This document shows, piece after piece, positions 10,515 through 21,869 of a stretch of DNA of 64,000 nucleotides. Source of the DNA: Harriotta raleighana (taxonomy: Eukaryota); contig JBNZDD010013717.1 in NCBI GenBank assembly GCA_050575255.1, forward strand, positions 4,954,965 to 5,018,964, read 5' to 3'. The translations under genes were made by a program, and so were the position numbers. Below the pieces are notes generated by a model that did no database searches, was not told the DNA's origin, and saw only the letters and a program-made list of their open reading frames with translations. Every line of letters starts with the position of its first letter. The first letter of the stretch is position 1.

Positions 10515-12476
10515 ACTCGGGAGAGATAAAAGGATAGTGAGAGGAAGTTGCAGTGGCTGGGGCTCAGATGGGAGGGAGCAAGGCAAAGGGATGGAGTGAA
10601 GAATCAGAGAGGTTGAAAGCCCAGCCGCCGATGGTGGAGCAGGAGATGGCTGAATGGAGGGAGCTAACAGGTTGATAGAGGGTACAGCAAGTCAGAGAGG
10701 TAGGAGGGGCAGTCCATGGAGGGCCTTGAAGGTGAGTACAAGGATTTTGAATTTGATCCTCTGAGGAATGGGGAGCCAATAGGGTCTGACGATGGTGGGG
10801 TGATGGGGTCGCGAAGACTGGTTCAAGAGAGGAAACAAGATGCAGAGTTTTGGATGATCTGTAGCTTGTGGAGGGAAGAATCCGATAAGGATGGAGTTGC
10901 CGTCGTCAAGCCTTGAGGTGACAAATGCATGTGTAAGGATTTCAGTGGCCTGAGGGGTGAGGCAGTGACGGAGACAGGCGATATTGTGGAGGTGGTGATG
11001 CTGGTCATGGCATGGATATGGGGGAGAAAGGACAGCTCAGTGTCAACAAGACACCCGGGTTCCTGACTGGTTTAGTTAGGTTGAGTGTGCGTCTGTGAAT
11101 GCTGTGCAGAGGGGCTGGCGCGAACTATTCAGGAGGGCCTTGGTTTTACTGACATTAGGTGCAGAAAGATGTCACTCATCCAGTACTTGATATATGACAG
11201 GCAGTCTGTCAGGACAGCAGTAGTCCTGAAATTGAGGGTGGAGGCAGAGATAGAGTTGGGTGTCATCCGCGTACATCAATCATTCAAAAATTATATTTAT
11301 ATAGCGTCTTTCACGTCGGGAGGACATCCCAAATGTGGAAATTTACCCCATGTCTGCGGATGATGCCAACAAAGGGAGAGCTTGTAGAGATAGAAGAGGA
11401 GGAGACCAAGGACACAGCCCTGAGGAACACTGCACAAGACAGTGTGGGGACTGGAAAATAAGTAATTGACAGGGACAAAGTGGAGAAGGTGCGAGAGGTT
11501 GGACCTGAGTAAGATTGTGTGTGTGGCCTGTATAGTGATGCTGTCAGCCCTAGAAGTAAAAAGGCACTGACTGGAGCCAAGCAAGCAAGCTTCTGTTTCG
11601 TCAACATTTCAATTGGAGAAAGTTCGTTTTTCATCCAGAACTGAATAGCTGAAAAGGTAATGGTCAGAACAGCAGTTGTCTTGGAATTAAGAGTGGAGGC
11701 AGATTGATGTAGTTGTGTGTCATCCGCAAACATATGGAAGTTAACCTGATGTTTGCAGATGACATCATCAAGTGGAGCATGTAAATGTTAAAGAGGAGAG
11801 GGCCATGGATAACCCCTGAGGAATTGCACATGTAAGGGTGCAGGGGATGGAAGAAAGCCCATTGGCAGATACTGTACAAAGTGGAGAAGCTGTGAAAGGT
11901 AAAAATGCAACCATATAAGGACATAACTGTGAAGGTGGAACGATCAAATAAGGAAAGGAGGAAGAGAGAGCCTTGGTCACAGATGGAAAGAATCTTATTT
12001 GTTGACTTAGACCATGGCAGCCTCTCTACTGTGAGCGGAGCTGAATCCAGATTGGAGGGTCCATGCAAGGATGGTAGGGCAAGGAAAGAGAAAAGCTGAG
12101 AAGGAAAAACTAATTCCGGTACTTTGCAGAAGAAAGGAAGGTTGGAGATGGGATGGTAATTGGAGAATAGGAATGAGTTAAGGGAAGGTTTTTTGAGGAT
12201 GGAGGTAATGATAGCTGTTTTAAACTGGATGAGAGCCATGATGGCAAAGAGAGGTTGACAATGTCATTTAGCGCGGGGAGCAACAGGTGGGATTCAAGAG
12301 TTCAGGAAAGGGGTAAGAATGGAGCCGCAGGAGTAGAACTTCATTTTGGAAATCATCAAAGGGAGACAAAAAGGAGAGACTGGGTTGAAAGTGTGAGGGG
12401 AGGCATGTGTGGATGGAGGAAGGGGGTGGGGATGGGCAGCACAAAGCACAGAGGCTGCAGAACTAAAGGAACATAA
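10515..12476 (-). mobile_element. Several L2 ORF2 (RT) fragments
   Basis: Translations include FKTAIITSILKKPSL..NYHPISNLPFF, VPQGCVLG, MFADDTQ, YADDTQL and LQIIQNSA. Confidence 0.88.
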
Positions 12477-12478
12477 GC

Positions 12479-12560
12479 AGTTCTGACGAAAGACCATCGA
12501 CTTGAAACATTAACTCATTTTCCTCTTTCCGTAGATGCTGCCTACAGTATTTTGCCTTTT
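12479..12560 (+). mobile_element. Penelope-like terminus with hammerhead-like core
   Basis: agtt-ctgacga-aagaccatcgactt-gaaa-catt-aact followed by tcctctttccgtagatgctgcc; same family as 7207 and 26207. Confidence 0.75.
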
Positions 12561-12699
12561 GAACATAAGCATTGCATTGTTTGTTACCGGTAAGAAACTC
12601 AATGGAATGAAGGAAAGTATTCAATGGTGAAGTGAATAATGGTTCATGTGCTGTTGAGAAGTTTAAAGTGGAGGGAAACAGAGAAAGTATTAGGTTCAG

Positions 12700-13255
12700 T
12701 GTTCTGCGAGTACAATAATTTATTTCAGGGTACCTGTTATTTGTCTGGAAAGCAGAGCACTCACTTGTTAGAGAATGGATAGTTAGTAATTAAACCATGT
12801 AGAATAGTACCCTTTGCCCTGAAAAACAAACTCAAACAGAACTGCAGCACCAGGGCGAACACTTGGCGTGATTACAAAAAGTGGATGAGGCAATCAAATG
12901 GATTAGATGTCTAGCAATTATGCATGAACAGCCAGTACTGGTATCTCTGCATTATAATCTCAACAAGGTTGTACAGAGGAACACGAGAAATAACCTAACT
13001 GCACAAGGCAAATTTGTAGCACAATTTGCTAGATTTAAGTATTTGCATAATTGAATTCAAGAAGTGGATTTGGATTGATATGTTTTCAGCGCTTTGGGAC
13101 ATCTTCCTGACGTAAAACCCACAATACAAATGTTGTTGTTGTTGGCTACAACTTGATGACAGACGTTTACGATCATGTACATGAACCACACCTTTGGAAA
13201 GTATTTCCACCTCCATCTTCCATTTGGAATCTCAATTGCTAAATCAGATATACAA
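12700..13255 (+). mobile_element. Ty3/Gypsy LTR-retrotransposon pol (RT) fossil, interrupted by an L2 tail at ~13085-13145
   Basis: Manual translation across frameshifts: EYNNLFQG..LSGK..VIKPCRIVPFALKNKLK; LGVITK/VDEAIKWI; NLNKVVQR; AQFARFKY; TPFGKYFHLHLPFGISIA. Confidence 0.75.
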
Positions 13256-13664
13256 ATGTAATTTTGTTGTTGTTGTCATAACCACAATTAGCGTTAACAT
13301 TATGAAGCTCAACATTGAGAAGTTTGTGTTTGGTACAATTATATACCTGTAGTATTATATGACATTCTTTTGTTCATTCTCAGTTCGATTGTTACCTATT
13401 TTCCCCATTTATCAATTTCAGAACATTTTGCTGAATTTGCCCCTAACATACTTTTATATACATTTGTCCTGCATGCCCAACATCATGCTTTTGAAGGCAA
13501 TTCAATTATTTATGAGTAGAAGCCCCCGGACTACTAAGCTTGATCTCCACAAGTCTGAGGCTTGTAATACAAAACTTTCATTTTATATCATTTACTTATG
13601 AAGCTCTATGAGGTATTTTGACATTCGAGGTTCTGAATCAAACACAAGTGTTTTTATTATCGAG

Positions 13665-15006
13665 GGAATCCACTCTGCGGTCATTGTCCCTCCAACCCCC
13701 TCCCCACCTCCACCCCCACACTCCGTCAACTACCCATCTCTCCTTCCACACCTTCAATCCCATCTCCTCATCCTTCGTTAAAAAAACCATCTCTGCAATG
13801 AAGCTTACCACCTGCTCCCTTTAACCCAATCCCCAGCCCTCACCACCCAGCTCCACCTCCTAGCCCCACTAATCTCCAATACCATGAACCTGTCCCTTAC
13901 ATCCGGTACTGTTCCCACTCCCCTCAAAACTGCAACTATCACCCCCATCCTAAAAAAACCTTCCCTCGATGCATCACAGCTATCAAGCTACTGGCCCATC
14001 TCCAACCTCCCCTTCCTCTCCAAGGTCCTGGAAAGAGTGGTTGCTTCCCAGCTCCGCTGTTTCCTCTCAAGACACTCACTCCTTGAACCCCTCCAATCGG
14101 GTTTCCAAGCTTCCCACAGCACGGAAACTGCTCTGGTCAAAGTCACCAACGACATCCTGACCATCTGTGACCAGGGCACCCTCTGCCTCCTTGACCTATC
14201 CGCCGCCTTCGACACCATTGACCACACAAACCTCCTCCACCGCCTCTCTTCCCTCCTCAACCTTCAAGGTTCTGTCCTTGACTGGTTCCAGTCATATCTC
14301 TCCCATCGCCTTCATTTTGTATCCTCCAACGGCTTTTCCTCCTGCCCCCGCACAGTCACATGCGGCGTTCCCCAAGGCTCTGTCCTTGGCTCCCTGCTCT
14401 TCACCCTCTATATGCTGCCCTGGTCGACATCATCTGCAGACATGGGGTAAATTTCCACATGGACACGGATGACACCCAACTCTACCTCTCTGTCTCCTCC
14501 CTTGACTCCAGGACTATTGGTGTTCTGACTGCATGTCTGACCAGCATTGAGTCCTGGACGAGGGCCAACTTCCTCCAATTCAACATCAACAAGACGGAGG
14601 CCCTCCTGATTGGCTCGCATCAGTGCCTCTGCAGCTCAGGCGCTGACAACATCAGCATTCAAGGCTGCTCTCTCTCCACCCCCCCATGCTGCCGAAACCC
14701 TCATTCACACCTTTATTACCTCCAGGCTTGACTATGGGAACTCTCCTCATCGGCCTTCCCAACTCCTCCTTTCACAGCTTGCAGATCATTCAGAATTCTG
14801 CAGCTCATATACTCTGCAGCACCAGGCTTCGTGATCACATCACTCCCACCCTCGCCCATCTCCACTGGCTCTCTATCCCCCAATAGATCGAATTCAACTC
14901 GTTCTCACCTTCAAAGCCACTCACAGCCTTTCCCCCGCCTATCTCTCTGACCTGCTGTCTCTCTATCAGCCCGCCCACACTCTCCGGTCAGCAGACTCAG
15001 GCCTGA
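13665..15006 (+). mobile_element. L2 LINE ORF2 RT region, frameshifted, with internal deletion near 14677
   Basis: ORF 13884-14450: PISNLPFLSKVLERVV, QSGF, STETAL, LDLSAAFDTIDH, GVPQGSVLG; then DDTQLY and AETLIHTFITSRLDYGN. Confidence 0.93.
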
Positions 15007-15083
15007 CAATCATTAACACTGAGTGGATAATCTGAATTGGGAAATAAACCATACATGTAATTTTAATACCTAAAAAGACATAT

Positions 15084-15365
15084 GGAGTCCTGTAGCTCAG
15101 TGATTAGAGCACTTGCCTTACAAGCGAGAGGACCTGGGTTTGATTCCAGGCAGGGTGAAACATTCGGCAAGTTTCCTTACCCCACACTCCTAATAATAAT
15201 TCCTCAAAAAAAAATTCATCATTTTTCAATCCAAAACTGTTTGTGGAACACAATTGGCTGTCACATCTCGCCAACATATATACTATACAGTCAATTCACT
15301 TAACAGCATATTGAGACATCTATAAGCCTTGTAAAACGCTGTATCAAATGCAGGGATTATTATTA
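15084..15365 (+). mobile_element. Young tRNA-derived SINE
   Basis: ggagtcctgtagctcagtgattagagc...ggtttgattcc head, body and tail. Confidence 0.9.
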
Positions 15366-15866
15366 CATTACCATGTTTCGCCAGTGTAAATCTGCACAAA
15401 TTGTATTTGCCATGATGGACTCAATACTGTATAAGGTATTTTGCAAGATAGTTTCTGGGAGAGTCTGCAATTTCTCTGTTAACTTGGTTATGCTTTTACT
15501 TTGACTCAGTAGCTATTACTATATTTTAAACAGCTGCACTGTGCAAACTCTACTGGGCCTTTCTCTGTTCCCTGTAATTAATGTCAGATTTTCTTAATTA
15601 CCGACAGAAGTATCAGCAAAAGGCAGGAGTCATATGTTTTAAAGTTATACATCTCACACAATTAAGTTACCTCTTTAGAGCTAATAACTCTTAACCCTTA
15701 GCCTGTTTCAGAAACGAAAAGGTCATGTAATTAGCCGAACACAAGTTGAGGTCAATGAATTAAAGATAATACTGTGCAGTGAATATTTCCTTTTCAGTTG
15801 CATAGGGGAATGTAAAGTTTGCCAGTTACACTCCATAACCAGACAAATAAATCCACATACTGTATA

Positions 15867-16641
15867 CAGTAAAACCTTGTTTATCTGTGACTCGAATAAT
15901 TGGAAAACCCGTTCAACCGCCATCTCAAAAAAGTCCCAATTCGATTAACCGGAAGCTATCCGGCGAATAGTGATGACACATTTAATGTCGGGTCTAAACG
16001 CGTTCCTGCTCCTTTTAAAAATAGCGTTTTTTTTACCTCGTTTGGATGAATGCTGCGTTGCGAAGTTATGTACTGTATACATAATAAATACTGCTGCAGG
16101 TAGGGGGTTTGTGGGGGAAATGGAGAGATGGAGGAAATGGAGAGAGAGGATGGAGGAAAGGGAGAGAGAGAGAGATGGGGGAAAGCATAATGGAGTGAGA
16201 GAGAGTGATGGCAGGCAGGTTGATGCAGAGAGAGGGGGAGAGGAAGGGAGAGAGAGGAAAGAGAGGGAGGAGTGTGGGTTGTGGACAGAATTTATATGAT
16301 GGATTCAGACTGATTATCTTTGAGGGTGTGTGTCTGTCTGTTTGTGTGTGTGTCTATGTGTGTGTGTGTGCTGGCCGCTGCTCAGGTCTAAATTTGTTGC
16401 TGATCCTTATAAAAGTCGTGTTTGTTTTACCTCTGTCGAATCAGCGCTGTGATTGTGAAGTTAAGTATAAATAATAATGTACAAATAGAATATTCTGCTA
16501 TTATTTAGTCTATTATTAATATGGTTTGTGTTAAAATAATTTTTAATTTAATTTTTTTTAAATAAAGCCCCGTTCAACCAGAAATCTGTTTAACCACCAC
16601 TGGCCAGGTCCCTTGGGTGCTGGATAAATAGGGTTTTATTG
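15867..16641 (+). mobile_element. Non-autonomous Tc1/mariner (Tigger/pogo-like) MITE, subfamily A, with internal GA/GT-rich stretch
   Basis: TA|cagtaaaaccttgtttatc ... gataaatagggttttattg|TA; related to 47256-47769. Confidence 0.85.
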
Positions 16642-18420
16642 TATGTGGAGTTTAATTTAGGGATTGTGCGGTAAGACATATTTCTGCTTGCCAGATACCT
16701 GGCTAACCAAAGAAAATGAAACTTAATGTCCCTACATTCTGCAGATAAATAGGTGGGATCAAATCAAATAACTAAATTCAACTAAGTATATTTGGACTAT
16801 TTAATAAATAGTATATAATTTTATATTCTCACAGTTTAAATGGGGTTGCTAATGAACATGTGTTCCAGGATTGTACAGGTTCACTACAATCATTTTCTGG
16901 GATTCTCTTTTAAATCCAGTGCTTGTAATGTTGAACAGCTGAAGATCCATGTTTGGGGAATAAAGTGATTGGAACAGACTTTATTAAGATTCGATTTGAA
17001 CCTATCAGGTTGGTACATCTTTATTTCAAACTCCCTTGTATGCATTGCAAAGGAAATTTGGGAGAATTTCATTTCAGTAGAAGCAAAAGTAGATTATGAA
17101 AGGCTTCTGCATCAATGGAGTAAGCTTTTTTCATTCGCCTCAAACAGAACTGGGTAACCTATCTTCATATCTCTCTGCTTTGTATCTGATGTGTTACAAT
17201 GAAACTTCTAAGGTTTGAAATTAAGCTTAATTTGTGAGGGCAGTATTGGTGCTTCGAATTTCAACACATTGGACACATTCCAGTCAGTGAAAATATAAAA
17301 TGTGTCAAAAATGAGGCAAACTAATACTGTACTAAGTAGGAGTGAAGGGCATAGACGTGATCTGAAATTCTNGTCTATTCTGCTGGTTCTCACTAAAGAA
17401 CTATATTTGCACCAAAGCTGTTCATTAAAAATGATAAGGACCCAGCAATAATATGTAGCATGATAAGTATTTTCTTTTTAAGAGTAGGAATCTATTCTGG
17501 AAGGCAAATCCTACTCAATCCTGTGACAAGTTAGATGTAAATAATGCCACTCAGTGTGATAATGCCAAAACTATTTAGTTTGCAATATAAAAGTCTACAA
17601 ATATAATTGCATTCAGTTCATAAGAAACCACAGCTATCAATATGGGGCAAAATTCACATCTCTCTAAATAGATCTAAGTTACTTCAGTTCATGGTTCTAC
17701 ATGGGTGAGCATTCATCCGAACCTGGGGTGAGCATTAGATTTATCCAATATGTCCAGCTGTCCACCGGATGGTTGCATCCCTTCCACAGTATCTAGCTGG
17801 AATAACAAACTGTCACATTTAGGCAGCCTAGCAATGCGTTAGAAATAAAAGTTAGTTCTGTATTGATGTTAGTCACTTTATTTTAAAAACCTGCAGAAAC
17901 CAGGCATTATGTTTGTACTGACTTTTTATTCTGATTTGGAGCCTGCAATGGTGGAAACCAATTTGGAATACTTTATGTGGTGTCTTGGTGTAATGATTTT
18001 AAATTAACTAGAGTGGAATAGCCTGATAGTGAGATCCATAAAGAAATTTTAACTTTTATGGTGCATATGTTTTCATACAGGTACAATATTCTGACTATGA
18101 ATAGAGAATTTGATTGTTTCAAACAGCTGTTACATTGTTCTTTAAAAATTACAGCATTGTATAGGATTATAATATGAAACTACATTGGCAACAATAATTT
18201 CTATAACTTTTAGGGGATAATCTCCTGTGTGTTGAATCAATGGGGTAAAATAGCTAATTTCTGTTTGATTTGGTGTAGTTTGGAGAGGCTATNGGGGGAT
18301 AATCTGTGTGTTGAATCAATGGGGTAAAATAGCTAATTTCTGTTTGATTTGGTGTAGTTTGGAGAGGCTATTTTAAAGTTGTCATTGTATGTGTCTTTCA
18401 TAGTTTAGTGTTTCATTATA

Positions 18421-18800
18421 CAGTGAAAGCCCGTTTATCCGTGACCCGATGAATCGGAAAACCCGTATAACCGGCACATCAAAAAAAAAGTCCCGATTCG
18501 ATAAACCGGANGTTTATCCGTGACCCGATGAATCGGAAAACCCGTATAACCGGCACATAAAAAAAAAAGTCCCGATTCGATAAACCGGAAGTTATCCTGC
18601 AGAATAGCAGTGGCGCATTTATTGAATCAATTGTCGCATGCGTGTATTGTGCAGATATATCGGCTGGCCGCTAATCGAGCCTAAACTCGCTCCTGCCGTT
18701 TTTTTAAAAGTCGCGCTGACGTTTTGTTTTCTTCCTTGGAGGCCGCCATTGCAGAAGTTCAATGTAAATAATAAAGTACAAATACTTTTACTGTAATTAC
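18421..18800 (+). mobile_element. Tigger-like MITE, 3'-truncated, partly duplicated at N18511
   Basis: TA|cagtgaaagcccgtttatccgtgacccg; interior matches the 48474 and 20731 copies. Confidence 0.8.
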
Positions 18801-19330
18801 TATTGTTAGTTTTATTATCAAGAGTTTTGCATCATGTTTTATATTGCGCTTTATTTTTAATTTTTACTGGTATGCTTCACTACTCTTTCTGCTCTCAGAA
18901 TCTCACAAGATCTCCATCAGTAACACAAGATTGACCCATGAATCATCAAAGTATCAATTTATCTTCCATGAGATTTTTTAAGAGTCAGCATCAATTGCTG
19001 ATTTTTGCTGATTTCTTTACCCCTCCCTTCAACCGAGCCTCCCACCCCGCACCCAGTTTCTAATTTTCTCAGGTTTTTCCTCTTGTCTATTTTCCATTTC
19101 ATTTTTGGAGCCCAATTCATTTAATAGATTAGATGCTTCAGAATGGAACTGGAACTATTCCCGAATATTCAATATAATTTGGTTTCTTTTCCTTTGGAAT
19201 AGCTAGTGGCGTTACAGTTCTGTGAAAGGCATCCCGCCTGGTACTGTACTAGAATCGGAAACATACTTTGCTTCTTTTATGTGTTTATTCATTTTTAATG
19301 TACTTATTCAGCACAAATGCAAGGATTATT

Positions 19331-19550
19331 ATCATAGAATCATAGAATGTTACAGCACAGAAGGAGGCCATTCGGCCCATCGAGTCTGTGCCGGCTCTTT
19401 GACAGAGCAATGTCACTTTTATTAACCCCAATCACCAGCTTTCTCCCCATAACCCTGCAAACCCGTCTTCCCCAGATACCTATCCAGTTCTCTCTTAAAA
19501 GCTGCTATCGAATCGGAACTCACTACCCTTTCAGGCAAATCATTCCAAAT
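19331..19550 (-). mobile_element. CR1 3' end
   Basis: (catagaat)2 octamer tail followed by acagcacagaaggaggccattcggccc. Confidence 0.88.
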
Positions 19551-20144
19551 TCGAATTTATCATTCAAAGAAAGTTCATTGCATTAGTAATGAGTGTTTAA
19601 CACTCATTTCTATTGTTGCATAATCTTCCACACATATATCTGAATAAAATAATTAATTTTGGATAGTAATTCAGATCTCTGTCCCATTTACCTTAAGATA
19701 TTTTAGTTTCTGAACCAAGTTGAATAGGTATTCAATTCATTTTGTCTTCATTTCTTAATACTGGTTTAAAAAGTCCATTTGGCAGATTTCCCATTCCTAG
19801 CTCTCAAAATATTGTTCAAAAGATGTAAGCTTTACTTTAGCCAAGTATGACTTGTGTATTCTGATAGGATACTCCAAGAACCTCCTGGAACCTAGTAATA
19901 ATGCTCAAGTGGCATAACTGCTGGGAAATCTGCCTCTGTAAATCATGCAGAATCAGTAGACTTTGAGTCTAACCTAAGGGTAGTTCTGTGGTAATTATCT
20001 TGTCACACTATGGGATTTGGTAAATATTAACCTTAGGACACAAAAGCTATAGATGTTCATTAAAGGTTGTCATGACAGTGTGAAAACATTTAAATCCAAC
20101 TAGAAATCATCCAGAAATTCTCTTTCAGAGCTGGTTATCAGAAA

Positions 20145-20410
20145 TAATAATCCTTGCATTTGATACAGTCCTAGGAACACTTCCATGTAATTTCTATTAA
20201 GTGTAGCGCCTATGTATTTGTAGGCAAACTCAACAGCCAAGTTATGCACAGCAAAGAAGCCAAGTAGTGATTGACTGATTTTATGGGGGGAATGATGGCT
20301 CATCAAAATGTATCCTGGGATCTTTAATATCTACTTAAACATGTGGACATGCATCTCATCCGAGGGCAAATCCAGCAGTACCCCATTGGAGTATCAGCCT
20401 AATACTTAGT
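20145..20410 (-). mobile_element. Old Deu-SINE remnant
   Basis: aataatccttgcatttgat tail; gggatctttaat...catctcatccga...cattggagtatcagcct. Confidence 0.6.
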
Positions 20411-20449
20411 ATTATAACCTAATACTTCTAGGTTAACAGAGGCAGGTAG

Positions 20450-20548
20450 ATTAAGGAAACTTGCTCAAAATTTTGCCTTGCTGGGAATCAAATCCAGGTC
20501 TCCAGCTTGCAAGGCCAGTAGTCTAACCACTAAAGTACTGGACTCCAC
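20450..20548 (-). mobile_element. Young SINE head fragment
   Basis: aaggaaacttgc...gaatcaaatccaggtctc...ctaaccact...ggactcc. Confidence 0.7.
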
Positions 20549-20730
20549 AATACAATGAATCAGAATATATTTCTAGAGAATTATATATGTTAAAGATCTT
20601 ATAATACTGTTCTAAAAGAAAACCCAAGTTTTCCAGTCTCTGAGATAACAATCCTCCAGATAAATTCATATTATTGCTATTGTGGGAGCTTGCTGTACAC
20701 AAACTGGTTGTTATGTTTGCCTACACAGTA

Positions 20731-21207
20731 TAGTAAAAACCTGTTTAACCGGCACCCATGGGACATGGCCATTGCCGATTAAACAGTTTTTAAAAATATA
20801 TATATTTAATTAAAAATTATTTTAACACATACCATATTAATAATAGACTAAATAATAACAGAATATTCTATGGGTATTTTATTGTAAATGTTGTACACTG
20901 TACCTTATAAATAAGACTAAATACAGTAATAACAGATACTATAATTATAGAAATATTGTATTAGTACTTTATTTTTCATACTTAACTTCTGCAATGGCGG
21001 CCGGCACGGGAGGAAAAAAATGGCAGGGCGATTTTCAGGCTGCCCTAGCGGCAAGCCGATATACCCGCACAGTACTCACGTGCCTCAATCGATTCATTAA
21101 ATGCGCCACTGCATAACTTCTGGTTAATCAGATGGGGACATTATTTTGATGTGCCAGTTATATGGGTCTTCCGGTTCATCGGGTCACAGATAAACAGGCT
21201 TTTACTG
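20731..21207 (-). mobile_element. Tigger-like MITE, subfamily B, complete
   Basis: TA|tagtaaaaacctgttta ... gataaacaggcttttactg|TA. Confidence 0.85.
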
Positions 21208-21330
21208 TACAATCATTTTAGAAATTCCCTTTCAAATGTTTCAAGATTATAGGTGTATCGGATGGAAAGATAATTATTAACATTACTATATAATTCTAGG
21301 AATGTTAATTAGGATCATAACTTTTTTGAC

Positions 21331-21638
21331 AGAGTGCAATAGCTCAGTGGTTAAAGCATACTTTTTACAAGCGAGAGATCTGGGTTCGATTCCACGCATG
21401 GCAAAACCTTGTTCAAGTTTCCTTTCTCCACACACCTGATAGTAATCCATCAAAAAAATAACAAATTGGCCATTTTTTACGACTGTTTGTGGGACGCTGC
21501 TGCGCGCTATTGGCTGCCACGTTTTGCCCACAAATATACAAACAAATAATTTTACAGTTTATTCTGCGAAGCACTTTTAGATGTCTAGAAGACATGAAAA
21601 GTGCTATATCAAATGCAATGATTATTATTATTGTTATT
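21331..21638 (+). mobile_element. Young tRNA-derived SINE
   Basis: tagctcagtggtt...gggttcgattcc head and (TTA)n tail. Confidence 0.88.
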
Positions 21639-21869
21639 AAAAAAGCCAAAGTCCAATATTATTTAAGAAGTTCTTAAGGAATTCTTGTAGAGACTAATAT
21701 ATAAAATCAGAAGGTCAGATAATTTGGAACATTGAATATATAGTGAATACAGTATACTGTACATTGATTCACTTTTTCAAGGTCGTTATTCACACAATAG
21801 CATCACTTTTGTATGTTCCTTTGTAGAATTTAACATTTATTTTGTGACTGTCAACAATATATCTGAGTG

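Noticed and set aside
13884-14450. RT ORF as a functional or novel reverse transcriptase system
   Set aside because: It is an ordinary L2 RT, frameshifted before the YADD motif, with the motif itself mutated and a downstream deletion.
15084-15160. Genuine tRNA-Val(TAC) gene
   Set aside because: It continues directly into the SINE body and tail, and several diverged copies exist in the window.
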